Below are positions 12,345-24,700 of a DNA stretch of 64,000 nucleotides, one piece after another; position 1 is the stretch's first letter; every line of letters begins with the position of its first letter. The notes under the pieces were generated by a model that saw only the letters and a program-made list of their open reading frames with translations, ran no database searches and had not been told where the DNA came from. The position numbers and the translations under genes are program-made. Source of the DNA: Dimorphilus gyrociliatus (Eukaryota; Animalia; Annelida); assembly GCA_904063045.1 (NCBI GenBank), contig CAJFCJ010000005.1, forward strand, positions 181,310 to 245,309, given 5' to 3'.

Positions 12345-13543
12345 TTATGCTCCATATTTAAACTTTATGAAGGTTAATAATTCCCTATCTTCTTCACTCA
12401 TCTGTAATGAGAACAAGTGTTCAACATTACATAGAGGCATTAGCCGAACCCCAAACGGAATCCAAGGGTTCTTGTCACACAACTCCGCTAAAGCGCTAAA
12501 ATCTTCCTCTAATGCTGAATAGCACATCTCAAACATTTTATTCGGGAATTTCGACCGTATATTATCAATATTTTCAATTAAATATTGCAGTTGATTGCTG
12601 TCTAGAATTTTGGAGTATTCGTTTGACACTTCCTTTATAATTCCAATTGTTGATCTGTTCTTACATTCCCACCTTTTCAAGAATTCGTCAGGATACTTAC
12701 AAGCTTCATTGATATAGTCGGCGAATGTTTTTATAAACAGCTTATCTCCTTTAAAATATTTAGGTCTTTTTATGTCCCATTTCTTCTCTAAATGTGTGTA
12801 TAAGTCATTTAGACGGAGGCTGGGAATACTCATAATATCTGAATAGAAAGCAGATGGCAGTTTCATTATGATATCAACATACGGCAAGTGATCAATGGCT
12901 TTAAAATGAGTACTTCCAAGGATTGTATAGCCAATAATTTTATTGTATATTGGATATATACATCGTCTTATAATTTGAGTTATATCATCGTTTCTTCTTA
13001 GAAGTCGAACATGAAAAAGACGCTGTAAACACGTTTGCCTTTGAGGAATAGTGACATAAATGAGTAGCAAATCCCGTTCTCCAATGGTTTGTATGGCACA
13101 TACAAGAAACACTTGATGTGAACTACTCAAAAGTTGTTCCGTCTCTGATTTATATTTATTATAGAATTGAATAGCATGTTGATAAAAGCGTTGAATGAAA
13201 TCTTCCTGTGTCGTGTTCAAGTGTTGCAACGTTACTATACAAATCAGAGTATTCAATATGCGAAATCCAAATGTTAAAACTTTTCTCAAGAGGAAATTCA
13301 ATGGGGTTTGTTCTGGAGAATCAAATGCAGTATTTGAAATATAGATCAGTTTTTATTCTTAAACATATAAAGAGTAATACAGTAGTATAGATTTGATAAA
13401 ATGAGATAGTTGATTTTATGGAATTTTCTACTCTACTAAATTGATTAAACAATAAATAAACAAAAATGACCTATTTCGCCGTTAGGGTAAGATACTTGAT
13501 TCACTCTCACATATGAACCAGTAGAGTTTTCCATATTTTCCAT
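12345..13543 (-). CDS. Unknown family, intact two-exon copy 5 (~346 aa)
   Basis: Exon 1 is 13543..13471 (MENMENSTGSYVRVNQVSYPNGEI, phase 1, GT donor); intron 13470..13313; exon 2 is 13312..12345, in frame with the 318-aa ORF. The acceptor position matches copies 1 and 4, and the donor matches copy 4. Confidence 0.8.
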
Positions 13544-14382
13544 AACAAACTTTCAGATCAGAATTCCTAATTTAACAGCATGTAAAATGCACTGACTCCG
13601 AGTTCATCTCAAAATAGATACAAGCTTATCAACATATTCTTATCCTATAAAAAAAATAGGTGTACAAGCTTGTTGATTTTCTTAAGAAAACACAAGTTTT
13701 TCTTTGTTATAACCAAAATTGAAGATTAAGGAGGAACACATTGAGAAATTACAAATAAAAATTGTTATCAGCAAGACAATTGTCTTGACAGTTTACTAAT
13801 TTGTCCTCAGAACTTTATCATATATAACTTTTTTTATCTACTGTATATGCGAGATGACGTGTTATAGTGAAATTTGAAAGTTAAGGAAACAAAATTTGGA
13901 AAATTGTGGAAAAGTATTTCTACATTCATTAATGTATGTTTTTAATAAGGATAAAACTATAAAAATTCATTCAAATACTTGAACAAGTTTCAATTAATAT
14001 TAGCTTGAAATTTGTCTAATTATTAATTTAAGATTTAATAAAGATAATATAATAATCGTTTAGGTTAATGGGATTGCAATCTTCCTAAAATATAAACCTA
14101 ACAAAGTAAGAGACAAAGATAAGATAATAGACGAAATCTTCAGAGCTAGTCTTACTACGTAGAGGTGGGTACAATCTGAAGTTGATAGGAGTTTCTTTTT
14201 TTTACTTTGCTATTGTAGGAGGTTACATGAAATCTGTGGCACAGTCTTGGAATTGACTAATAGATTGACCAGTTCGGCAATCTGGTGAGTTAGCCATTCT
14301 ATATAATATAGGATCTTTAGGGGAGATGTTTTTCTAAAAGGTCAATACAGCTATAATTTATGACGTATACCACTGCACCATT

Positions 14383-14790
14383 TAAGTTCGTCATTCCGGT
14401 GTCCGGCACCCGATTTGGGTTGACGAACTAAGAAATAATACAGTATATAAAAGACAATAATATTAGTACAGTATACAAGTTAACGACCAAACAAATTTGA
14501 TGGCTAGACATGGCTGATAATCAGATAATATACAATAAATTCTCAATCCATAATATCAATCTTTCGAATTGTTAAAGAATTTCATGCTAATCACTTTTTA
14601 CAGTTTTTTGGCAAGTAAGTAAGATGATGTATTCACAATATAATGCGAAAGTTTGTTCAGTATATTTGATTAAATGCTTGAAGATCAGAATAAGTCTTTT
14701 ACTTTACACAGAGATATTGGTTGACCTCCAAACATTACACAATGGCTATTGTCACAAAACCACGTTTTGATCACTTGACTTATATCATCG
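14383..14790 (-). repeat. Inverted copy of 5700..6148
   Basis: Reverse complement matches the insert in copy 3, including the adjacent family fragment (DDISQVIKT) and the GTTCGTCA...TGACGAAC mini inverted repeat. Confidence 0.85.
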
Positions 14791-15386
14791 CTATATCAAG
14801 TAATGGAAACAATTTAACCTATGACTTGGTAAACAGATTAGATTTACTATGATCACGACAACAATAATAGGCTTAAAGTTAACAATCTCTATTATCTCAA
14901 TAGTAGCATAATTTTCTTTGTATAACTAATCCAAGGTTTTTAATGTCTTCTTTCTCGTACCATTCAGTTTTCAGAACAAGATTATTATAATTTGTATAGA
15001 TTTTCATAGGCAAATGTATTTCCTAAAAGTTTGAAAAGTTGATAAATTTAATAATTGCAGTTTTATCCAGGCTAATGGGTGTTACTAAATAACAGATTAT
15101 ATATAGACATAGATAGCTAGAAGGTAATCTGTTAAAAGAAGAGAGGATAGTACACTAACCGTAAATAGAGTTCCCGCAAAAGAGAATTGATTTCCATGTA
15201 AATCAATTAGAATTTGAGTATATTCTTTAGAATTCAATAGGAATCTTTTAACGGAATTATCATTAAAATCTCTTGTAATTTTCGATTTAAAACCACTTAT
15301 TGAATTACGAATCGTAAATTTCGTAATATTTAATGCTAAATTATGGAATTTAATTAAAAGAAAACAATTAGAAAAACGTTCAATTT

Positions 15387-18300
15387 TTAATGAATGTTCA
15401 AAGATTGAATACTTTTTCCAATTGCTTGAATTTTTATGTTTTCAATTACATTTTCTCTATAAAAACCAAAAATTATTCAATAAATATTAAATAAGGGGAA
15501 AAAACGTACTTTTGCAGTTTAATATTTTGCAGTCTTTGTTTATTTAACCTTACAGTTTCTTTTAGGAAAAAAAAACAACAGCAATAGGTGGAATTAATTG
15601 GTAGAATTAGTATAGAAAACCACGAATAGACTACTTTAACGTCGGTTGATAGTTGAAATGAATCGATAACATCTAAAACCACAAAATATATATATATATA
15701 TAGATAGCATTAATAGCAAGTTTGTGTAATGAACGATTCTATTAACGAATTATAAGGAAATTAGTCCAAATGAAGAGGTTAATAACGGCCGAAAAGAATG
15801 TTTGATATACAAAGTTTTCGTCGTATAACTCGGAAAAGTCTATGTCGAATCGAGACGCTTTGTATTTGCTGAGTAGAACCAATATAAAAACATTTGGGAA
15901 GACGACTAAAGTGATGAAAAAGTATACAAATTTACTGTTGCTTATAGATGAATTTCCGAAATAGTTTGTTAAGAAACAACTCGAATAACTAGATTCATAG
16001 GCCTAATTAAAAATGATGAGATTATTAACGCATTTCACCTATTGATTATATAATAATTACGTTCTCTTTCAACGTAAAAGAATATATTAGAAATCCTCCA
16101 ATAAAGCATAATTTCAGTATATAAAGATATTTCAGTTTTCCAGAAAAGAAACTCTTTGTATTGGATGCCGAATTGATTAATTTAAATATTGTTATCAATA
16201 GACTAGTATAGGATGAACCGAGAAATGAAAAACTATTGAATATTGCCGCTAATTTACACCGGAAACTATTTAACCATTGAGTTTGTTTATATATATAATC
16301 GTCACCAATTTCAATATGGAAACTAACTATAATTAAACTATGAAAGATAAGTAAAAACTGGTAAAAGATTAATGAAAATAATAGAAATTTATAAAAGTTC
16401 TTGTAGAATTTTCTCATCCAAAAAAAGGTGAATAAACTCGTAACGAAGATTAGTAGAAAGTAAATAATAATTACAACTAATTTAATATTTGTTAAATATC
16501 TTGAACAGTAGTTTAAATCCTTGTTTGAACGACCTTGATAATGACAATTTGTATTTAATAAATAAGTTGAACAGCAGATGAAAAATTCATTAGTAAATAT
16601 TTGTTTAATCTTTTGATAACCTTGAAATATATTAAATTTTTCAATTGACCTAAATTCTGTTGAATTTAAATGAAGATTTTGTAAATTAAGTAAATAATTC
16701 AAGTCATTTTTTCCAAATGTTAAAATAATTGAATGAATAATTTGTAAATTCCTTAAATTTTTCAAATTAATGAATGAATCATTCATTAATTGTAATTCCA
16801 TAAAAGATAATTGTAATGTAAGTAGTGAAGAGAGATGTTGAAATGTCTTATCAATTATACGAATTGGAAGTTTCTCCAATTTAAGGAATTGAAGTTTCTT
16901 CATATTTTGAAAGGTTGTTGAATTAATATCATTTAAAATTGTATTAGATATTTCCAGAATAGCCAGATTAGAGAATTCTTTAATTTTATCGCTTGACCTC
17001 AATTTACAATTTGAACAGTTAAAAAGAATTATATGAATATTTGAAATCTGTTTTAAAAGCTCTTCCGGTCTATTAACATCAATTAATCGAAGACTTTTTA
17101 CAATAATTTCCCGTTCAATTTTTTCCCTAAAACTTGATTGAAAATTGCATAAAATCTCGTATCTTTCTTGACAAACGCAACTTTTCGGGCAAGTAAAGAA
17201 TTTTTTACAATATAACTCATCGTCGCCGCGTTTACAGTTGATGACGTCATCGCAAACATTATTAAGATATATGTAATTAGAATTTTGACATTTGAATTGG
17301 CCAATAGGAAAGAATTTGTCTTTTGATAATTAATTAATTAATACGTTACGAAGGGTAAGTATTATAAATTTTTGGATAATTGAGAAAACGTCAGCAAACG
17401 TTGACGTTTTAACCCTAACCCTAACGTTTTCTCTCACTCCTAAAAAAAGGATTTAAATTCATACCGCAATCAATTTCATCGTCGCCAAATGGACAATGTT
17501 TTATTCCATCGCAAAATTGATAGATTTTTATACAATAATCCAAATATAGACATTGAAAAGTTCCTTTTGAACATGTCTGTTTACATTTACTCAATTGTAA
17601 ATAAGGAGGATGCACTTTCGTTAAAAGTCTTCCAATAGATGAATAGCTAAGATGACAGAGGTATTGATTTGTGAGAGTTTCATACGCGTGTCCTATATTG
17701 TAACAATCGTTAATTTCTTGTATTGCTTTGTTGAATTATTTTAGAATAGTTTTAAGAAGAAATTAAAAACACTTGAATATAAAATTATATATATATATAT
17801 ATATATGTTAAACTTAGGCCTTCTTCATATGCTAAACAATAAATATTTTCATCTTCGGACGATGAACAATCAATTTTTAAATCGCAGTAAAAATGATTTG
17901 AAAGACATTTTGAATCGCAATTCATAAAATTTCTGTGTTTACAATCCTCTAATAAAATGTTTAAATAGAGTTTTATATTGAAATTTAAAAGTTAAAGTTT
18001 ACCTCGATCACAAATTTCATCACTTTGATCAAAACAATTAATTACACTGTTACAAGTTGACGTTTTATCAATACATTGTCCACTTGCGCATTGAAATTTT
18101 GCTGTATTTTCGCAACTTTCATAGACTAGACGTTTTAAAGGTAAATTATTATTAATTATTAAATTTATTAATTAATTAATTACCGCAATTCTCTTCATCT
18201 TTTCCATTTGAACAATCATTTCTAGAATCGCAGAGAAATTTTACCAATACTTTCTCTGTGGTACTACATAAGAAATAATGAAAATTATTGCATTCAATTT

Positions 18301-21185
18301 CATCTTCTCCATTTGGACAATGTTGAAAATTATCGCAAACGTAAATTGAATTAATAAATATCTTTGCAGATTTGCAGAAGAATGTTTCATGTAAAAATTT
18401 TAAATTCGTATTTTGGAAATGAATCGATCCATTTTGAAATGGAAAATTTTCAACTTTTAATAAAGAAAAGAAAAGATAAAAGATCGTTCAATCATTTTAT
18501 GAATTGTTACTTGAATAATGTTCGCATATTGCTACTTGAAAATTGTCAGTATCGCAGGTATCTTTTAAAACTCCGCCAAAAGCGTAGAGTGAATGACAAG
18601 GGGATAATTGACCAAATTGTCTAGCTCTTTTGATGATTTTCCGATAGCAATACTTTCTGTTACATAGTATTAATTACTAATATAATTACGTATAAAGTCA
18701 GTCATACTCTGATTTAGATATTGTACCATACGACCATGGAGCTGATATTTCCAATGGGAAGTTGTTGGATGTTTCAATTTTATTACCAAATTGATCAATT
18801 ACTATTGAAGTATCTATATTATGTTTAAATAAATGTAATTAATTAGATTAGTAAAAAAAATAGCGTTTAATTGTTCTACTTAGATAAGCGTAATGATATT
18901 CATTCTTGGAGAAGAAATTGTCGGTATCACGATTATTCATTAAAAGGATATCGATTAGATACAAGGATTCGTCGTGAAATGATATTGAAAATGATGTTTT
19001 ATTTAATTTTAAACATTCTAAATTCGATTCTAAACTCGTCATTTTTCTCTTATGATTGATTAACTTGTAACATTTTGTCACGAATATAAATTCATCATCG
19101 TCACAGGCTTCTTTAGAGAAAAGGATAAAACAAAAAAATCATATTTAAATAAGATTCAATAAATTGATATTCAAACAAGATTAACTGGTATAGAGTGTTT
19201 TGTTTGAACATTTAATCGAAACTATTGGAAATCTAACAGCTTGTCTCTTTAAATATCTTTGATAGAGTATATTTTTAATAGGATCTTCCAGAGTACAATC
19301 TTTAAAATTCTTGGCAAGACTACAATTCAAATAGTATCCTTCGAAAGGTTGATGATTTGATATCTTTCTATAATTGTCTATATTCCATGAAGAGCCGTAT
19401 TTATATCCAAAATGGTTGCAAGTAGCCTATATTTAAAGAGTATTCTGTAGACAAATTCTCAAAAAGAAACAATAATAAACAAACTGTTGCCTCCTTAAAA
19501 CGAAAATGATAAGCAGATACTGCATACCAATGTTCTCCATCTAAATATTGTAAATTTCCGCCTATTTCAATTGGCTTATTTTCAGAATAAGGGTAGAATG
19601 TCTCGATTTTCGAAGAATATTTCAATTTGAAAGGTAAATCTATATAAATAAAAATAACGGTTATTAATATTATTTCTCATCTTTTAAGGTTTGTCGCTGA
19701 CCTAATTGAATTTGAACTGATTTACAAAACACTTTCATACATAGATAATCGTACTCGTACTTGAATTTATTATCAATTACGTCGATTGTTAAACGTCTCG
19801 AGTGAAGAGAATGCTTAACAAGCATTATTAAATCATTAAAATTTTTCGCGTGTTCTTCATTGCAACTTTCCAGTTTATACTTTGGAATGGTGTTTGAAAA
19901 TTGACTGCAAATTCTGATTACTTGTTTCGATGTTATAGTTTCGGTAGTTTCTTTCTCATACCTAAATGCTATTCATTTTAATATATCACCTATTTCAATA
20001 TTAATAGTAATAAATATACATCTTTCAATAATGATTGGATAACGTCCGTAGCTCTTTGATACAAATTCAATTTCGCCTGTAAAGTTGTTATTTATTCGAA
20101 AATAAGCGTCTTATTAATAAACAAATAGAATATTTCATTAAGATCATTTTAATCGTTTTTTAATATAATAAAATTTCCTTTACCAATAGTATAAAATCCT
20201 AAGAAAACAATTTGTAAACAATCCATTGTGACCCATATTGTTCTATTTCTTAAAAAATAAGATTCTGAAATATTGGTTACATTCTGACTGTAAGCAATGT
20301 CGTTCATTTGGTAGATATCTATATTGTATTCTTCGAATTTCTTTATGAAAAAGCATTGTTTTTCTGTACAGAATGATGGAATTTTTTCATTTGAACAGAG
20401 CCTATACGAATTATTCAAATATCTTAAATATGGAACGTTGGCTAGAATAGAATTTTCGGATGCATTCGATATGAAAATATCTATTGGAGAAAAGGGAAAT
20501 CAATATACTGTATATAGTGTATATTCAAGCGGTAACGGTACAGGGAGAGGTCACTCGAAAACATTGAATACAATAGATTCTATTCTTTTTCCAAGTTGAA
20601 TTTGTACAAGTTTCTATACGTTTTCTATTAGAATTAAAGGTATAAAATACATTGTTATTAATGGTAGAATTGCTTGAAATCTATAATATAAATAATATAT
20701 TACAATTGACAGCCATTTTCTTGACAATTCATTAAAATTTCATCAGATGCTTGAATTATTAGAATAATAAAAACTGGTATAAAAAAATGTATGATTATAT
20801 TTACCGTTGGTCTTATCGCAAGTATAGAAATTTGCCTTTAATCCATCAAATCCCATCGATGAGCATATTTTAAGATGAAGGAATTTGTATTGAAAATGAT
20901 TAATATCATATTTCAAATGATAAAATTCCAAATCATCATTTGGTCTAATCATTAACGAACCAGTTTTATATCTATCATTCTCCTCTTGAATAGGATATAT
21001 ATTGAATTGTACCGAATTATTGAATAGATTGATACTTAACGAAGAAGAGTTTTAAATAGGAGAAGAATAGAAATATTTGATTGATTATACTTAAAACTAT
21101 ATTTCACATTGCAAACTTCTGTATTTAAAGAACATTTAAAGAAGAGGAATATTAATACAACAATTAAAGAATGTTGAATATTCAT
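15387..21185 (-). CDS. LDLa-LRR class A GPCR (GRL101/LGR-like), gene 2, multi-exon
   Basis: Signal-like MNIQHSLIVVLIFLFFKC at 21185. Six LDLa repeats lie between ~17200 and ~18350 (e.g. CDGIKHCPFGDDEIDC, VCDDVINCKRGDDELYC), followed by LRRs and TM1-4 in ORF 16046..17002 (CKLAAIFNSFSFLGS) and TM7 SWFSILILPINS near 15600. Exon limits are approximate. Confidence 0.8.
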
Positions 21186-21795
21186 ATGGTAGAGTGTTTT
21201 ATTCAAAATAGCCAAAGGAACATATATATTTTATAAATGCATTGAGACACGTATATGGAAAGAAAAAATAACTAATAAAGCTAATAGGTCTAAGTAATTT
21301 CTTTTCTATTTTCTCTTATTCATTATAATATCAGCTTTTAATAAATTACCATATGTATTTATATCTCTTTTATCATTATCACCTTCTACTGGACTCATAT
21401 TTTCATAATTCAAATAGAGTACCAAAGCCTCCTTTAATTAAATATATCATTAAATGTCAAAATAGGCTTAATTGTTGATATTTACCTTTGTTGTAAAATT
21501 TTTAAACGGTATCATTTTACCATTAAAACCAAAGTTTTGACTATGAAAATTTGTTAATATCGAAGCGTATTTTGAATAGAAATTATAAATATCAATTAGT
21601 GATTTGAAATTCTTTGCAGTTTTTGACCTTTGCGGTATTTTATATTCATTTAAAGTTTTCTTTATAACGAATTTCAAAAATTTCAATGCTGAATGAGTTG
21701 ATTGGTATTTAACAGTTTGAAAGAGAGTATTGCTGTATAAACATTGATATTGAATACATACTATACAATGTATATAGGACTATAAGTGTTATTTT

Positions 21796-24700
21796 TTACT
21801 TTTTTTTCGCTCTTACTGTTGTATTAGTTGTAATTTTTCTATGAAATTCAAAAGTTGAATAGATGATTGGATTAAGTATTGAATTTATAGGTAAAAGGAT
21901 TATAGCTATCCAAGGAAAAATGGATTTATTCAATGAATTCTTTGAAAATAACGACCTTATTGCTAAAAAGAAAGAAAGAAAGAATAGAACAGAGAATATT
22001 TTAAAGGGTTTCTTATTAATGAAAATGAAATAATTTTACAAAGTAGGAAAATTAGTAGAGAACTTAAAATATTCAATAATGCAATATTGAAACTATTAAG
22101 CGTTACATTTCGTTGAAATGACGACATATTCGTCTTTCCAGTTCGTTTTGAACTTGTTATAACGGATTGAACTAGTAGAATATATAATATAATAACAAAT
22201 ACATTAACAATAAAAATGATTAGGGAATGAAAAATGAATCCAAAGAGCCATCCATCGTGTCTTTCGCTATTCAAATGAAGACTAATACATACGGAAGATC
22301 TTGAATAAAAGTTCTTTTAATTGAAACGATTAATAATTAATATAGAATTGAATATATTAATTAAAAACCTTATGGAAAACGAGAGGAAACGATAAGAATA
22401 ACGATATTACGATAAATTTGATGATAATTAATAATTTTACGTTAACGACTTTTGTCTTTAACGGAGAAATAATTGTTAAACATCTGTTTAAAGAGATAAT
22501 AAAGATACAAAATGTTGAACCCATTATTGAAATTGAATAGAACATTCCAGCCATTGAACAACTTGTACTATTTCGCCATTTTGTATCATTTTCAGGGTAT
22601 TTATCATTTAATAAAATATCATTTATAAGTATTATAGCTAGATAGAAGCTCATGAAACAATCGTAAATGCATAGACAAATATTTGGTATTTTTGATAATG
22701 AAATTGAAGTTTTAAGATTTAAAATCAATACAAATATATTGCCAAAGAACGATAAGGCCCAGAAAAATATTCCCATATTCTTTTGAAAAGGAGAAAGAAT
22801 ATTCTTACATCCTCTTCTAATGTTTTCTGGAATATCTATCTCTCTACAATCATTAATTCGCTTCTTAAACTTTCTAACTGTACAGCAAATACTTTCAGAT
22901 GTTGTCGATACAATTTCAATATTAGTTAGATATTTTAAAAAGCTATATTCTTGATAAATATGAAATTTTGTATATTGGAAATTGATTTCTTTAAGATTAG
23001 ACATTCCTTTTAAAAAATTCTCTTCAACAGATAAAATCATTGAATGTTCAATATTTAAATATAATAGATTTGATAAATTTCTAAAATATGCATTCAACGA
23101 TAGCAATCTACAGAATGATAAATCCAATTTATGAAGAGATTTCGGAAAAGAAACGCTAGATTGACTTAGATTTGTATTTTTCAATATAAGAATTTGTAAA
23201 TGAAAACTATTCATTAAATCCATTAATAATATGGTTTTTATACTATTTCTTAGATCCAAAACAACTAAATTCGTTAAAATTCTAATTGTACTTAGATTCA
23301 AGTTTATTGAATTTGATAAATTTAAATAAATCAGATTTGTTTGAATGAAATATTTTGAAAATATAAAATTTGAAGCGTTAAATGAAATTAATTTTAAACT
23401 TTTGACGAATAAACGACTTGAATGATTCAATAAACTATTTTGAATAGTTGAAATACTACATTCAATAGAAAAGTATATTGTACATTTACAATATTTTGGA
23501 CATTTGAATGATACATTGCAATACTGTTCATCCGATCCATCGTGACAATCGACAATTCCATCGCAAACCGATTTCATTTCAATATGGGATTTACCCTTTA
23601 AACACTTGAAGTAACCTTTCGCTTTAAATAGATCTATCAAGGAGTCTATAGTAAAATATTAATACATCAATTAATAATCATCATTATTACGGCAATTCAT
23701 TTCGTCATCTCCTAAACTGCAATGTTTAACACCATCGCAAATATTCTTAATAGAAATGCAATAATTCACATCAAGGCATCTGTATTCACCTCGTTGACAT
23801 TGTATCGTATTTGGACAGTGCAATAAATCGAAGAAAGGAATATGTGGTTTAGTAATCATTTTACCCATTGAAGAATATTTTAAAAGGCATCTAGTACTAC
23901 TTCTATTGAAATATTTGGATTTTAAATCGTCAGATATATGCAAACACTTTTCATCGGTATCTCCCTTTAAACTCAGATATATTGAACATTTTCTAGCATC
24001 TTCATCCGCGTCATTTTCGCAATCGCTTTTGAAATCGCATACTTGGTGTTGATGTATACAAGAGCCTCCACACGAACTAAAACCTTGTTGACATCCTGAA
24101 TATACAGTATATTAATAGAATTGTATTCGATTAACGGCCTGCTAATCTCCTAATGTATTAACATTCAAGTTTCATTCCCACTTTAAAAGCTACTTTGTAC
24201 TGCAATTGCAGTATTGAATTTTATGTAAACTATTTACCAGATTTACATATTTCGTCGCTACTATCAAAACATTCGCGTTCACCATTACAAAACTTATTAG
24301 AATTGATACATTGCCCATTTGAACATCTTGAATTTTTCGCACATGTGTCAAAAGCTAAATTAATAAATAAAAGATTTCAGTGAAAATTTGCAGTTGAAAA
24401 AGGAAAACTACCGCAATCTATTTCATCCTTTTTATTTGAACAATGATTAACGTAATCGCATACGTAAATAATTGGAATTTGTTCAGTTTCTGAACAGATA
24501 AAATATTGAATTTGAGAACAATTTAATTCATCTTCTCCATTCAAACAATCGAATACACCGTTACAAACGTGAATTGAATTGATACAATTTTGTTCGTTAT
24601 AACAATAGAAACTATTGTTTGAACAATTAATTTTAGAAGAAGGAATACTTATGGTTCCATTAGACAGGAGTGTAGTATTAAGATCTTAGTTGAATATATA

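Noticed and set aside
17098-17304. 68-aa ORF listed in the track
   Set aside because: Wrong frame; the real frame encodes the sixth LDLa repeat and LRR N-cap, continuous with ORF 16046..17002.
21300-21690. Small ORF and a GGFGTLF kinase-loop-like peptide between the two GPCR genes
   Set aside because: Immediately followed by stops, with no other kinase motifs.
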